NCBI GenBank assembly: GCA_050633305.1
Contig: JBOEGF010000007.1
Coordinates: forward strand, 224,001 to 288,000
Direction of reading: 5' to 3'
Length of the DNA stretch: 64,000 nucleotides
From: Nannocystales bacterium
GTDB taxonomy: Bacteria > Myxococcota_A > Polyangia > Nannocystales > Nannocystaceae
Shown: positions 9,591-17,345 of the stretch, piece by piece
Layout of the letters: each line of letters begins with the position of its first letter
How positions within the stretch are numbered: position 1 is the first letter of the stretch
Notes under the pieces: generated by a model
The model's input: only the letters and a program-made list of their open reading frames with translations
Database searches by the model: none
What the model was told of the DNA's origin: nothing
Program-made: the position numbers and the translations under genes

Positions 9591-10292
9591 CTACTCAGGA
9601 CGTGACTCCGCGGGCAACGCGGCTGGGGGCAGCGAAAGCCAGCGAAAAGCGTGCAACAGGGCCTGTTTTCCCCCGGTCTCGACCACGTCTCCGTGGGCCA
9701 TGACGATCCGGTCGAAGTCCCAGTTGGCGATCTTCGCGAGGTCCTCTCGGGCCAAGTCTCGGCGCATGCCGATCTTTTCGAGGATTGTGACCGAGCAGCC
9801 GGGGTACCCCCCTGCGCAGCGCATCGCCATCCGCGTCATCCACGGCGCGTTACGCGAGATGTTGAAGACCAAGTCGCTCACCAGGAGCGTACGGCTGGGC
9901 TTGTGGAGCAGGACGACCTCGTTGGTCATCGAAAAACACCGAAGGACGTAGGTCTCGACTTCGTCTCCGAATGGACGGGTGCCGCTGCTGAGCACCCCCT
10001 CGAATCGGACGTCCGAGCGTTTGTCCGGGAGGCCGGGCGCACCCCACCCATCGAGGCCCGCGTCGATCCACGGACCGATGTACATGTGGTGGAAGAGGTT
10101 CGGCGCGACGGCCCAACGCGGCGTGCCGATGTTCTCGACGACCGAGGGCGGGACTGCGACGGGCGAGTGCACGAGCAGGCCCTCACCAAGCTCGAGCACG
10201 GTCATACGCGTCCCAAGCTCGAGGCCAAGAAACCGCTGCGGGGCGTCGAGGACGTGGACGCCGGGGGCGATGGTGTTGAGGCTGCTCATCAT
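9591..10292 (-). CDS. DUF4336-like protein (metallo-beta-lactamase-like fold)
   Basis: GTRMTV, VHSPV, VAPNLFHH, EVVLLH.PSRTLLVSDL, WDFDRIVMAHG. Confidence 0.75.
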   Translation of the reverse strand: MMSSLNTIAPGVHVLDAPQRFLGLELGTRMTVLELGEGLLVHSPVAVPPSVVENIGTPRWAVAPNLFHHMYIGPWIDAGLDGWGAPGLPDKRSDVRFEGVLSSGTRPFGDEVETYVLRCFSMTNEVVLLHKPSRTLLVSDLVFNISRNAPWMTRMAMRCAGGYPGCSVTILEKIGMRRDLAREDLAKIANWDFDRIVMAHGDVVETGGKQALLHAFRWLSLPPAALPAESRPE

Positions 10293-10406
10293 CGGTGACG
10301 GGTCCCCGCCGAACCCGAGTGTACCGCTCGAGGTGATTTCGCAAGTCCGGACCCTGCGGCGTAACCCACACCTTTGCGGGGGAGTACCCCGTGCGAGGCA
10401 ATCGAG

Positions 10407-11111
10407 ATGACGAATACGAAGCGAATCGCCCTCGTGGTTGGCGTTGGCCCTGGACTCGGAACCGCAACCGCTCGGCGTCTTCACGCCGATGGGTACCGGG
10501 TTGCGGTGGCGTCCCGAGACAAGGACCGCCTCGCGGGGCTGGCCGAAGAACTCGACGGCTTCGCGGTCGCCATCGATGCGACCGATCCGGCCTCCGTCGA
10601 GGCAGGGGTGGCGACGGTTGAGGAGACCCTGGGCCCGATTCATACGGTGGTGTGGAACGTGGGCGGTGGTGTCTTTGGGACCCTCGAGTCGGTCGATACC
10701 GACGGTCTGGATTTGGCTCTGGGCACCAACACCCGGGGTCTATTCGTCCTCGCCAAGCGGCTTCTGCCGCAGATGGCGGAGCGTGGCGACGGGGCACTGG
10801 TCGTCACGGGTGCGACCGCCTCACTTCGTGGCAAACCCTTGACCACCGCGTTTGCAGCGGGCAAGGCGGCACAGCGTTCCCTGACCCAGTCGCTCGCCCG
10901 TGAGTGGGGGCCCAAGGGGGTTCATGTGGCCCTGGTGATCGTCGACGGGATGGTCGACCTTCCGACGACCCGTGCGCGCATGCCCGAGCGGCCGACGGAA
11001 GCTTTCCTCTCGCCGGACGGATTCGCGGGCGCCGTCTCGTTCCTGCTGGGCCAGCCCCGCAGTGCGTGGACGTTCGAGCTGGACCTCCGGCCGCATGTCG
11101 AAGCTTGGTAG
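10407..11111 (+). CDS. Short-chain dehydrogenase/reductase
   Basis: VVGVGPGLG, TGATASLRG, FAAGKAAQRSL.QSLARE, HVALVIVDG, WTFELDLRP. Confidence 0.9.
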   Translation: MTNTKRIALVVGVGPGLGTATARRLHADGYRVAVASRDKDRLAGLAEELDGFAVAIDATDPASVEAGVATVEETLGPIHTVVWNVGGGVFGTLESVDTDGLDLALGTNTRGLFVLAKRLLPQMAERGDGALVVTGATASLRGKPLTTAFAAGKAAQRSLTQSLAREWGPKGVHVALVIVDGMVDLPTTRARMPERPTEAFLSPDGFAGAVSFLLGQPRSAWTFELDLRPHVEAW

Positions 11112-11435
11112 CTACTTGGCGACGAACTCGACCCCTTCACGCAGCAGCGCATGCCAGCGCTTGCGGTCGAGGGCGGGCACGGAGAGCCATTCTTTGAAGA
11201 TCTTGCCGCCGGGTCCGAACGGCCGGCCAGCGCCGTCCTCGACAAGCTCGGAGACCCGTTGCTTGGGCAGCTTCACCACGAGGCCCGAGCCCTTGTAGTC
11301 GACCAGCGCGAGGAACTCCTTCCCGACCCGAAGACATGCGCCGCCCATGATCGTCCCTTCGACGACGCGGCCGTCTTCTCCCTGCAGCTCGCCGGCGAGG
11401 TCCCAGAACAGCTCTTCTGCGGTCACGTCGTGCAT
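11112..11435 (-). CDS. Small conserved protein, TfoX/YjbR-like fold (tentative)
   Basis: GTIMG..CLRV.KEF...LVVKLP..RV.ELV..G.G.PF.P.G...KEW pattern. Confidence 0.55.
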   Translation of the reverse strand: MHDVTAEELFWDLAGELQGEDGRVVEGTIMGGACLRVGKEFLALVDYKGSGLVVKLPKQRVSELVEDGAGRPFGPGGKIFKEWLSVPALDRKRWHALLREGVEFVAK

Positions 11436-11497
11436 GGTCCCATGACGAACGACGGTCCCGGAACCCGACACGACGGCCGATTTTTTCGCCCGGCGTT

Positions 11498-12469
11498 TCA
11501 AGCCATGTTGGCCAGGGACGCCTTGCCATGTCGGAGCTCGCCGATGTCGGGTCGGTCCGCCCGCTCCCCGATGCAGGCCCGAAACACATCGAGGTAGCTG
11601 GGCGCGCATGCGTCCGGATGCTCTTCGTAGAAACCCCGCGCCTCGAGAAGCGCGTGCGCCCTGGGCAAGTTGTAGCCGGGCACGCTGGGGAAGAAGTGGT
11701 GCTCGCAGTGGTAGTTCACGTAGTTGGGCGCGATCAACGTGCGCGCGAGCCAACCTGCCCTTGTCGTGCGTGCGTGCAGCCGGGGTTCCTTACTCAGAAG
11801 GTCGGGAACGTTTCCGTGTTCACCCATGACACGAAGCCGGAGGCACAGGGGCACCACGAAGATGAACCCGGCCCACCAGGCGGCGTAGGCCCAGGGCATG
11901 CCGAGCAGGTACAGGCCACCGAACATGGCCGTGTGCACCACAACGGAGGTCAGCCGGCCATGGCGGACCGTCATCGCGATCAGATAGAGACCATCGCGGA
12001 CCCCAGTTCGTCCGCTGAGGTCGCGTACCAATTTGCGTCGCATGCTCGCCGGCTTCACCGGGTAGGCGTGGACGAAGGGCAGGTCGGGGTCCTCGAGTGT
12101 GCCCGCGTGCCGATGGTGCGCGAGGTGGCCGTTGCGGTAGGTGTCGAAGTCGATCAGGGTCGGCCCCGAGAACAGCCATCGGCCGAGCACGCGGTTGAGC
12201 GCAGGGGTCCGGAACAGCGCGTTGTGGGCGGCGTCGTGGATCAGGATGCCGAGCCCCACGTATCGCCCGGCGAGGATGACCGCGGAGACGATGAACGTGA
12301 CCGGGTGCGGCCACAAACCGAGCAACGCGAAGGCGCCCGCAATGACGCCGAAGTTCGCCAGGACCTCAACGCTCGCCCGGAGGTCGGAGGTCTCCGTGAG
12401 CGAGGCGGTCTCCTCTCGGGAGAGGAAGTCCCGGACGCGGGCTCGACTATGAATATCTCGAACACCCAT
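11498..12469 (-). CDS. Fatty acid desaturase family protein
   Basis: Three His boxes (HDAAH, HLAHH, HCEHH) and hydrophobic segments; start at 12469 or 12475. Confidence 0.85.
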   Translation of the reverse strand: MGVRDIHSRARVRDFLSREETASLTETSDLRASVEVLANFGVIAGAFALLGLWPHPVTFIVSAVILAGRYVGLGILIHDAAHNALFRTPALNRVLGRWLFSGPTLIDFDTYRNGHLAHHRHAGTLEDPDLPFVHAYPVKPASMRRKLVRDLSGRTGVRDGLYLIAMTVRHGRLTSVVVHTAMFGGLYLLGMPWAYAAWWAGFIFVVPLCLRLRVMGEHGNVPDLLSKEPRLHARTTRAGWLARTLIAPNYVNYHCEHHFFPSVPGYNLPRAHALLEARGFYEEHPDACAPSYLDVFRACIGERADRPDIGELRHGKASLANMA

Positions 12470-12477
12470 GAACATAA

Positions 12478-12506
12478 AGTGTCGATCGGTGTTACTGTAG
12501 TGTCAA
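12478..12506 (-). promoter_or_regulatory. Putative sigma70 promoter of the desaturase, overlapping phased RGTGTY repeats
   Basis: Minus strand TTGACA(12506-12501)-N17-GACACT; plus-strand AGTGTC/GGTGTT/AGTGTC at 12478/12488/12499. Confidence 0.45.
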
Positions 12507-12519
12507 GGCAGCTGAGCCC

Positions 12520-13344
12520 ATGCCCAAGCCGAAGGACGCATTTTCGGCCCGGCTGGCGAGTCCAGTGACCGCCAAGCGGGCGATTCTCGCGGCGTTGACT
12601 GCAACGCAGCGTGCGCTTAGTACCGCTCAACTTCGACTCTGCGGAGCGCTGTTCGACGTGGAAGGGCCCGCGGTCCGGGTGGCCCTGGGTCGGCTTGTGG
12701 ACAAAGGAGACGTCGTTTCGCAAGGCGAGGGTGTCTACAAGATCGGGCCCAAGGGGGAGGCTATCGCGCAGGCGATCCGGCGCTGGCGCGACCTCCCGCG
12801 ACTCGACAGATCGTGGAACGGCGAGTGGATCGCGATTCACACCGCGCACCTGGGCCGCAGTCGTCGGCCGCAGCTGAGACGTCGAGAACGGGCGTTGTCC
12901 CTGTTTGGGTTTGCGAGTGTGACGGATGGGCTGTGGACACGCCCCGACAACCTTCGCATCGAGCCCGCCGCACTGGCCTCGCGGTTGTTCGAACTCGGGC
13001 TCGAACCGGAGGCAATCCTCGTCGTCGGTGCTCGGTTCATCGCAGAGCCGGCGCAGGGGCTTGGGTGCCTATGGGACAAGGAGACGATCGAGGCTGGCTA
13101 CGTGGCTGCGGAGTCCGCGATGGCGAGTTGTCTCGAGGGGTTCGAGCGGGCGAGTCTCAAGGAGCGGGCGCGAGGCACCGCGACGATCGGGACCGCGGTG
13201 ATCGGGATGCTCAGCTTCGATCCTCTCTTGCCGCGCGAACTCTTGGACGCGGACCTGCGCGGCGCGGTTCATCGCCGCATGTTGGAGTTCGATCGCATCG
13301 GGAAACGGGCGCTCGTAGCGTACTGGCAGGACCACGGCTGCTGA
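12520..13344 (+). CDS. PaaX family transcriptional regulator
   Basis: N-terminal wHTH (VRVALGRLV..G...GEGVY), WNGEW, ALSLFGF, GLWTRPDNL, DPLLPRELL. Confidence 0.85.
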   Translation: MPKPKDAFSARLASPVTAKRAILAALTATQRALSTAQLRLCGALFDVEGPAVRVALGRLVDKGDVVSQGEGVYKIGPKGEAIAQAIRRWRDLPRLDRSWNGEWIAIHTAHLGRSRRPQLRRRERALSLFGFASVTDGLWTRPDNLRIEPAALASRLFELGLEPEAILVVGARFIAEPAQGLGCLWDKETIEAGYVAAESAMASCLEGFERASLKERARGTATIGTAVIGMLSFDPLLPRELLDADLRGAVHRRMLEFDRIGKRALVAYWQDHGC

Positions 13345-13356
13345 CACCGCGCCACC

Positions 13357-13698
13357 CTAGGCCTTCTTCACGATCGAGCTCTTGAGCTTCATCGGGCCGA
13401 ACCCGGGGATCTTGCAGTCGATGTCGTGGTCGCCGTCGACGAGGCGAATGTTCTTCACCTTCGTACCCGCCTTGAGGGCGCTCGCGGCTCCCTTGATCTT
13501 CATCGTCTTGACGACGATCACATCATCGCCGTCGACGAGCACGTTTCCGACCGAGTCTCGGATGCCTGTGTCGGCTGCGGTGGTCGACTCCTCCTCGGCG
13601 GGCGACCATTCGTGGGCGCACTCCGGACAGACGAGCAGAGCACCATCGGGATAGGTGTGCTGCGATCCGCACTTGGGGCAGGGAGGCAGGTCGTCCAT
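13357..13698 (-). CDS. yjdM: PhnA/YjdM zinc-ribbon protein
   Basis: LPPCPKC.S..TY.DG.LLVCPECAHEW; DSVGNVL.DGD; KAGTKVKNIRLVDGDHDIDCKI.GFG.M.LKS. Confidence 0.92.
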   Translation of the reverse strand: MDDLPPCPKCGSQHTYPDGALLVCPECAHEWSPAEEESTTAADTGIRDSVGNVLVDGDDVIVVKTMKIKGAASALKAGTKVKNIRLVDGDHDIDCKIPGFGPMKLKSSIVKKA

Positions 13699-13812
13699 GG
13701 GCGGGACTGTGCCTGCTGCAGGGAGGCTGGTCCACAGACTGCACGGGGCACGACGCCGAGGCATCGTTGGGGGAGCTGCAGGCTCGATGACACCTGCGGA
13801 TCTCGTGTTCGC

Positions 13813-14406
13813 TCAGCTCTGGTTGAGATCCAGCCACTTCTGGATCGCGGCGGAGGGCTTGTACGCCCGCATTCGTTCCAACAGCGTGGCGGGGTCCGGG
13901 GCGTCGAGCAAGAGCGTGCGGTTGTCTGCGCGAAGCAGTTCGTCCTGCACCGCTCGGCCGAGCCACGTCAGCAGTCCGTCGTAGTACCCATCGACGTTGA
14001 GCAGTCCGATCGGCTTCGCGTGAATGCCCAGCTGCGCCCACGTCGTCACCTCGGCGAGTTCCTCAAGCGTACCGAACCCGCCTGGCAGCGCGACGAAGGC
14101 GTCCGCCAGCTCGAACATCTTGGTCTTCCGCTCGTGCATGGAGCTGACTTCGATGAGCTCGGTGAGCCCTCGGTGCGCGATCTCGCGAGGGAAGAGCTGG
14201 GTCGGAATGACGCCGCGCACCGTGCCCCCGCGCGACATCACGGTATCGGCGATGAGCCCCATCAGACCGACGGTTCCGCCCCCGTACACAAGCTCGAGCC
14301 CCTCGTCCGCGAGCCGCTCCGCCAGCGCTCGAGCGGTCTTGGTGATCGCGGAGTTGGTTCCCGGAGAGGACGCACAGTAGACGCAGACGCGGCGAAGCTC
14401 GGCCAT
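13813..14406 (-). CDS. LOG family nucleotide phosphoribohydrolase (TIGR00730-like)
   Basis: VCVYCASS, LVYGGG.VGLMG, MHERK, ALPGGFGTLEE, TWAQLGIH.KP. Confidence 0.92.
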   Translation of the reverse strand: MAELRRVCVYCASSPGTNSAITKTARALAERLADEGLELVYGGGTVGLMGLIADTVMSRGGTVRGVIPTQLFPREIAHRGLTELIEVSSMHERKTKMFELADAFVALPGGFGTLEELAEVTTWAQLGIHAKPIGLLNVDGYYDGLLTWLGRAVQDELLRADNRTLLLDAPDPATLLERMRAYKPSAAIQKWLDLNQS

Positions 14407-14504
14407 GAGCGAGGACGCTAGCATCCGCGCACCGGCCCGATACGGAACTCTCGCCGAATGGCTTGCAATGTCGTGCCTGCGCCTTATGCAAGCACCAGGA
14501 CGCC

Positions 14505-14927
14505 GTGACTTCAGCACAAGAGACGAATGCTCAGACGATCATGGTGGTCGACGATGACCTTATGGTCCGGCGCCTCCTCGAACGCTTCCTGACGAGCGCC
14601 GGTTACCAGGTCGTCGTGGCGGCGAGCGGGTTCGGGCTGAGCGGGAAGGTGAGGGAGACCCAGCCCGCCCTGTTGCTGCTCGATGTGAACATGCCCGGAC
14701 TACGCGGCGATGCCGCGCTGTCGATCCTCCAGCAGCTCGGGCAACGCTTCAATTCCCTCGACGTGCCGGTGGTTTTTCACAGCGGCATGGGAACCGCCGA
14801 GCTCGATCGGCTGGCGCGGACCCACGGCGCCGCGGGCTTCCTCCGAAAGCCAGCCGGACGCGAGCAGCTTCTCGAGTTGGTGGAGTCGGTGCTGGACCAA
14901 TCGGGTGCGCAGCTCGCCGTCCAGTAG
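14505..14927 (+). CDS. Single-domain response regulator (receiver only)
   Basis: VVDDD, LLLDVNMPG (phospho-acceptor Asp), HSG, FLRKP; start uncertain. Confidence 0.85.
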   Translation: MTSAQETNAQTIMVVDDDLMVRRLLERFLTSAGYQVVVAASGFGLSGKVRETQPALLLLDVNMPGLRGDAALSILQQLGQRFNSLDVPVVFHSGMGTAELDRLARTHGAAGFLRKPAGREQLLELVESVLDQSGAQLAVQ

Positions 14928-14975
14928 CGGCGGTTGACGGCATCGAACTCGCGCGAGACCACGGCCGACAACCAC

Positions 14976-15004
14976 AAAAAAAGACCCACTCGAAAGTGGG
15001 TCTT
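14976..15004 (-). terminator. Rho-independent terminator after tRNA-Asn
   Basis: AAGACCCACT-CGAA-AGTGGGTCTT hairpin followed by a T-run on the minus strand. Confidence 0.85.
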
Positions 15005-15008
15005 GAAG

Positions 15009-15082
15009 CTCCTCAGCACGGACTCGAACCGCGGACCTAGGGATTAACAGTCCCCCGCTCTAACCAACTGAGCTACTGAGGA
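15009..15082 (-). tRNA. tRNA-Asn(GTT), CCA not encoded
   Basis: Reverse complement TCCTCAGTAGCTCAGTTGGTTAGAGCGGGGGACTGTTAATCCCTAGGTCCGCGGTTCGAGTCCGTGCTGAGGAG folds as a cloverleaf with anticodon GTT. Confidence 0.95.
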
Positions 15083-15093
15083 ATAGGGCGCGC

Positions 15094-15123
15094 TTCATAC
15101 CGCTCCGAGCCCCGCCGCGTCAA
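15094..15123 (-). promoter_or_regulatory. Possible sigma70 promoter of tRNA-Asn
   Basis: TTGACG-N18-TATGAA just upstream of the tRNA. Confidence 0.4.
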
Positions 15124-15288
15124 CCCTCGGAAACAAGTCTTCTGCAATACCCTCTAAACCGCCCTTCAGAGGCCCTTCTGGTGGCCCGCGTGTCGCCGAG
15201 GTCCGGCTTGCGCAGAGTGCGAGAAAACGTCGCGGTCGACCGGCGGAGGGGATCCCCCGGTTGGAGCGGCCGTGCGTCTGCGTGACCC

Positions 15289-15855
15289 TTGGGCGTGACC
15301 GATGAGCAGAGGGGGCCGGGGCCGAAAGGGGTTCCCCAGGTGGTGGGCCCATCACCCTCCACCCTGCTTCGCATCGATGATGACGAACGGATCTGCTCGG
15401 AGGGCGTCGACCATCGGGTCGTCCAGTGGCGCAACGTGCTGTTCACGCACTGGTTCGCCCCGGTGTCGGTGGGCGGGTTGGCTGCCTGTGAGAGCGCGAG
15501 CTTCGACCTGGCCTCCCGGAACCCGATGGGGGTCGTGGTGTTCAACGTGATCGAGTTCGGGCTGCAGATCCCGGACCCTGCGGCTCGCAAGAAGGCCTCC
15601 GCGGTGCTGGCGAGCACCAGTGGGCACGTCCGGGTGACCACGACGGTGATCCCCGGCGAGGGGTTCTGGGCCTCAGCTGCTCGGGCGAGCGTGGCCACCA
15701 TTACGCTGCTGTCCCGCGCGGGTCATCCACATCGCGTGTTCTCGACGACGAACGACGCTTCTCACTTCGTGCTCCCGTTTGTCACACCCGAGAAGACTCC
15801 GCGGGCCCATCTGCAAAGCGCGCTGAGCCGGCTCGCCCACCGCCACCAGGCCTGA
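15289..15855 (+). CDS. Hypothetical protein (STAS/SEC14-like myxobacterial family, tentative)
   Basis: P.PAARK...V..GEGFWASAAR...RVF.T...A pattern; start uncertain. Confidence 0.55.
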   Translation: MGVTDEQRGPGPKGVPQVVGPSPSTLLRIDDDERICSEGVDHRVVQWRNVLFTHWFAPVSVGGLAACESASFDLASRNPMGVVVFNVIEFGLQIPDPAARKKASAVLASTSGHVRVTTTVIPGEGFWASAARASVATITLLSRAGHPHRVFSTTNDASHFVLPFVTPEKTPRAHLQSALSRLAHRHQA

Positions 15856-15867
15856 TGGCCTTCGGCG

Positions 15868-17109
15868 CTAGGTGGTCTTGGAGCGGGCTCGGTCGGGGCG
15901 CAAGATCAGCAGCGCGGCGATGCATGTGACGCCGAGCGCTCCGCCGGCCCCCAGCGCACCGGGCATGCTCCACCCCGCGGCAGCCGAGAGCAGCCACGAC
16001 GAGACGGTCACGGCTCCGAGCAGCCGCGCGCGCTCCAGAGGCCACGCCCAGCCACGACCCTCAGCCATGCCCAAGATGGCGGCGAACGTCGCGATGAGGA
16101 CCGCGCCCGCGGCTGCGAGTTGAAGCGGGTTGAGGCTGTGCTCGAAGAACACGACGACGCCCATAGCACCGCCGGCCAGGCCGAAGTGCGCGAGAAGGTA
16201 GGCCCGCAGCCTGGGCGCGACCGCTGGCCGGTACTTCTCGTAGGTGCGGCGGTCGACCTTGGGCTCAGGCTCGGCGACGCCGTGCGGCAGCCAGGCCGGG
16301 TGCGCAACCCAGGCCCACAGTCGCTCGCGAGTCGTGGAGGCGAGCCGACCCAAGGTGATGATGCGGCTGATGTGCACGAAGTTGGCCCACAGCGGGCTGT
16401 AGCTCCGTAGGGGGACCGTGGTGCCGTAGACGGGCGGCTCGACCTCGGGCTCGAAGGTTCCAAACAACCGGTCCCAGACGATGAGCACCGCGCCGTAGTT
16501 CTTGTCGAGGTACTGCGGGTTGACCCCGTGGTGCACGCGGTGGTGGCTGGGCGTGTTGAGCAGCCACTCCACCCAGCGGGGGCCCTTGTCGACAACCTGG
16601 GTGTGAATCCAGAATTGGTAGAACCGGTTGATGCCGTACGCGGCGAGGTAGACGACTGGGGAGACGCCGAGCAGGGCCAGCGGGGCGTAGAAGAAGAACC
16701 AACTGACGGGTTCGAACAGGGGCTGACGAAGCGCCACCGCCAGGTTGTAGTCCTCGCTTTGGTGGTGGACGCCGTGCACCGCCCACAACACGTTCACGAC
16801 GTGGCTGACGCGATGCCACCAGTAGAACAGGACGTCGACGCCGACAATGCCGAGCAGCCACGGCCAGGGGCCGGCCTCGTCCCATGTGATCAGGCGCGCG
16901 TGTTCAAACAGCCAGACGTACGCGGCGACGAAGACGAGCTTGAGCACCAACTCACCGGCTTGAAACACGGTGCCGCAGGCGAGGTCGCTCAGCGCGGTGC
17001 CGAACGCGTAGAGATCTTGGCGCCGCTTGCGGGCGATCCATGCCTCGAGCAGGGTCGCGCCCAAGAAGATCGGGACCGCCAGCGCGGCCCAGTTGTATTC
17101 GCCGTCCAT
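15868..17109 (-). CDS. Sterol desaturase family, alkylglycerol monooxygenase (AGMO)-like
   Basis: YWWHRVSH, WAVHGVHHQSEDYNLAVALRQ, YQFWIHT, NTPSHHRVHHG.N..Y.DKNYG..LI.WDRLFGTF; C-terminal TM extension. Confidence 0.85.
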   Translation of the reverse strand: MDGEYNWAALAVPIFLGATLLEAWIARKRRQDLYAFGTALSDLACGTVFQAGELVLKLVFVAAYVWLFEHARLITWDEAGPWPWLLGIVGVDVLFYWWHRVSHVVNVLWAVHGVHHQSEDYNLAVALRQPLFEPVSWFFFYAPLALLGVSPVVYLAAYGINRFYQFWIHTQVVDKGPRWVEWLLNTPSHHRVHHGVNPQYLDKNYGAVLIVWDRLFGTFEPEVEPPVYGTTVPLRSYSPLWANFVHISRIITLGRLASTTRERLWAWVAHPAWLPHGVAEPEPKVDRRTYEKYRPAVAPRLRAYLLAHFGLAGGAMGVVVFFEHSLNPLQLAAAGAVLIATFAAILGMAEGRGWAWPLERARLLGAVTVSSWLLSAAAGWSMPGALGAGGALGVTCIAALLILRPDRARSKTT

Positions 17110-17345
17110 CGCTCGCCTGCGTTCAGTGTGCCGCGTGGTGCCCGTTGTCGCCAGCGCGAGGGTCGGTGGGATCGATCTGCCCGGGGGCCGTCTGCTTCGG
17201 AGGCCGCTTTAGGGCCATCCGGCACGGATCGGTCCAGGTGTCCCCGCATCGGCCGTCTTCGGGCGTCGCTGTGGTGTTGCGCCGCCCCAGGCCCGAACGC
17301 AGAGACCTGTTGCGGGACCAAGGCTGGCCCCGCGAAAGCAGACCC

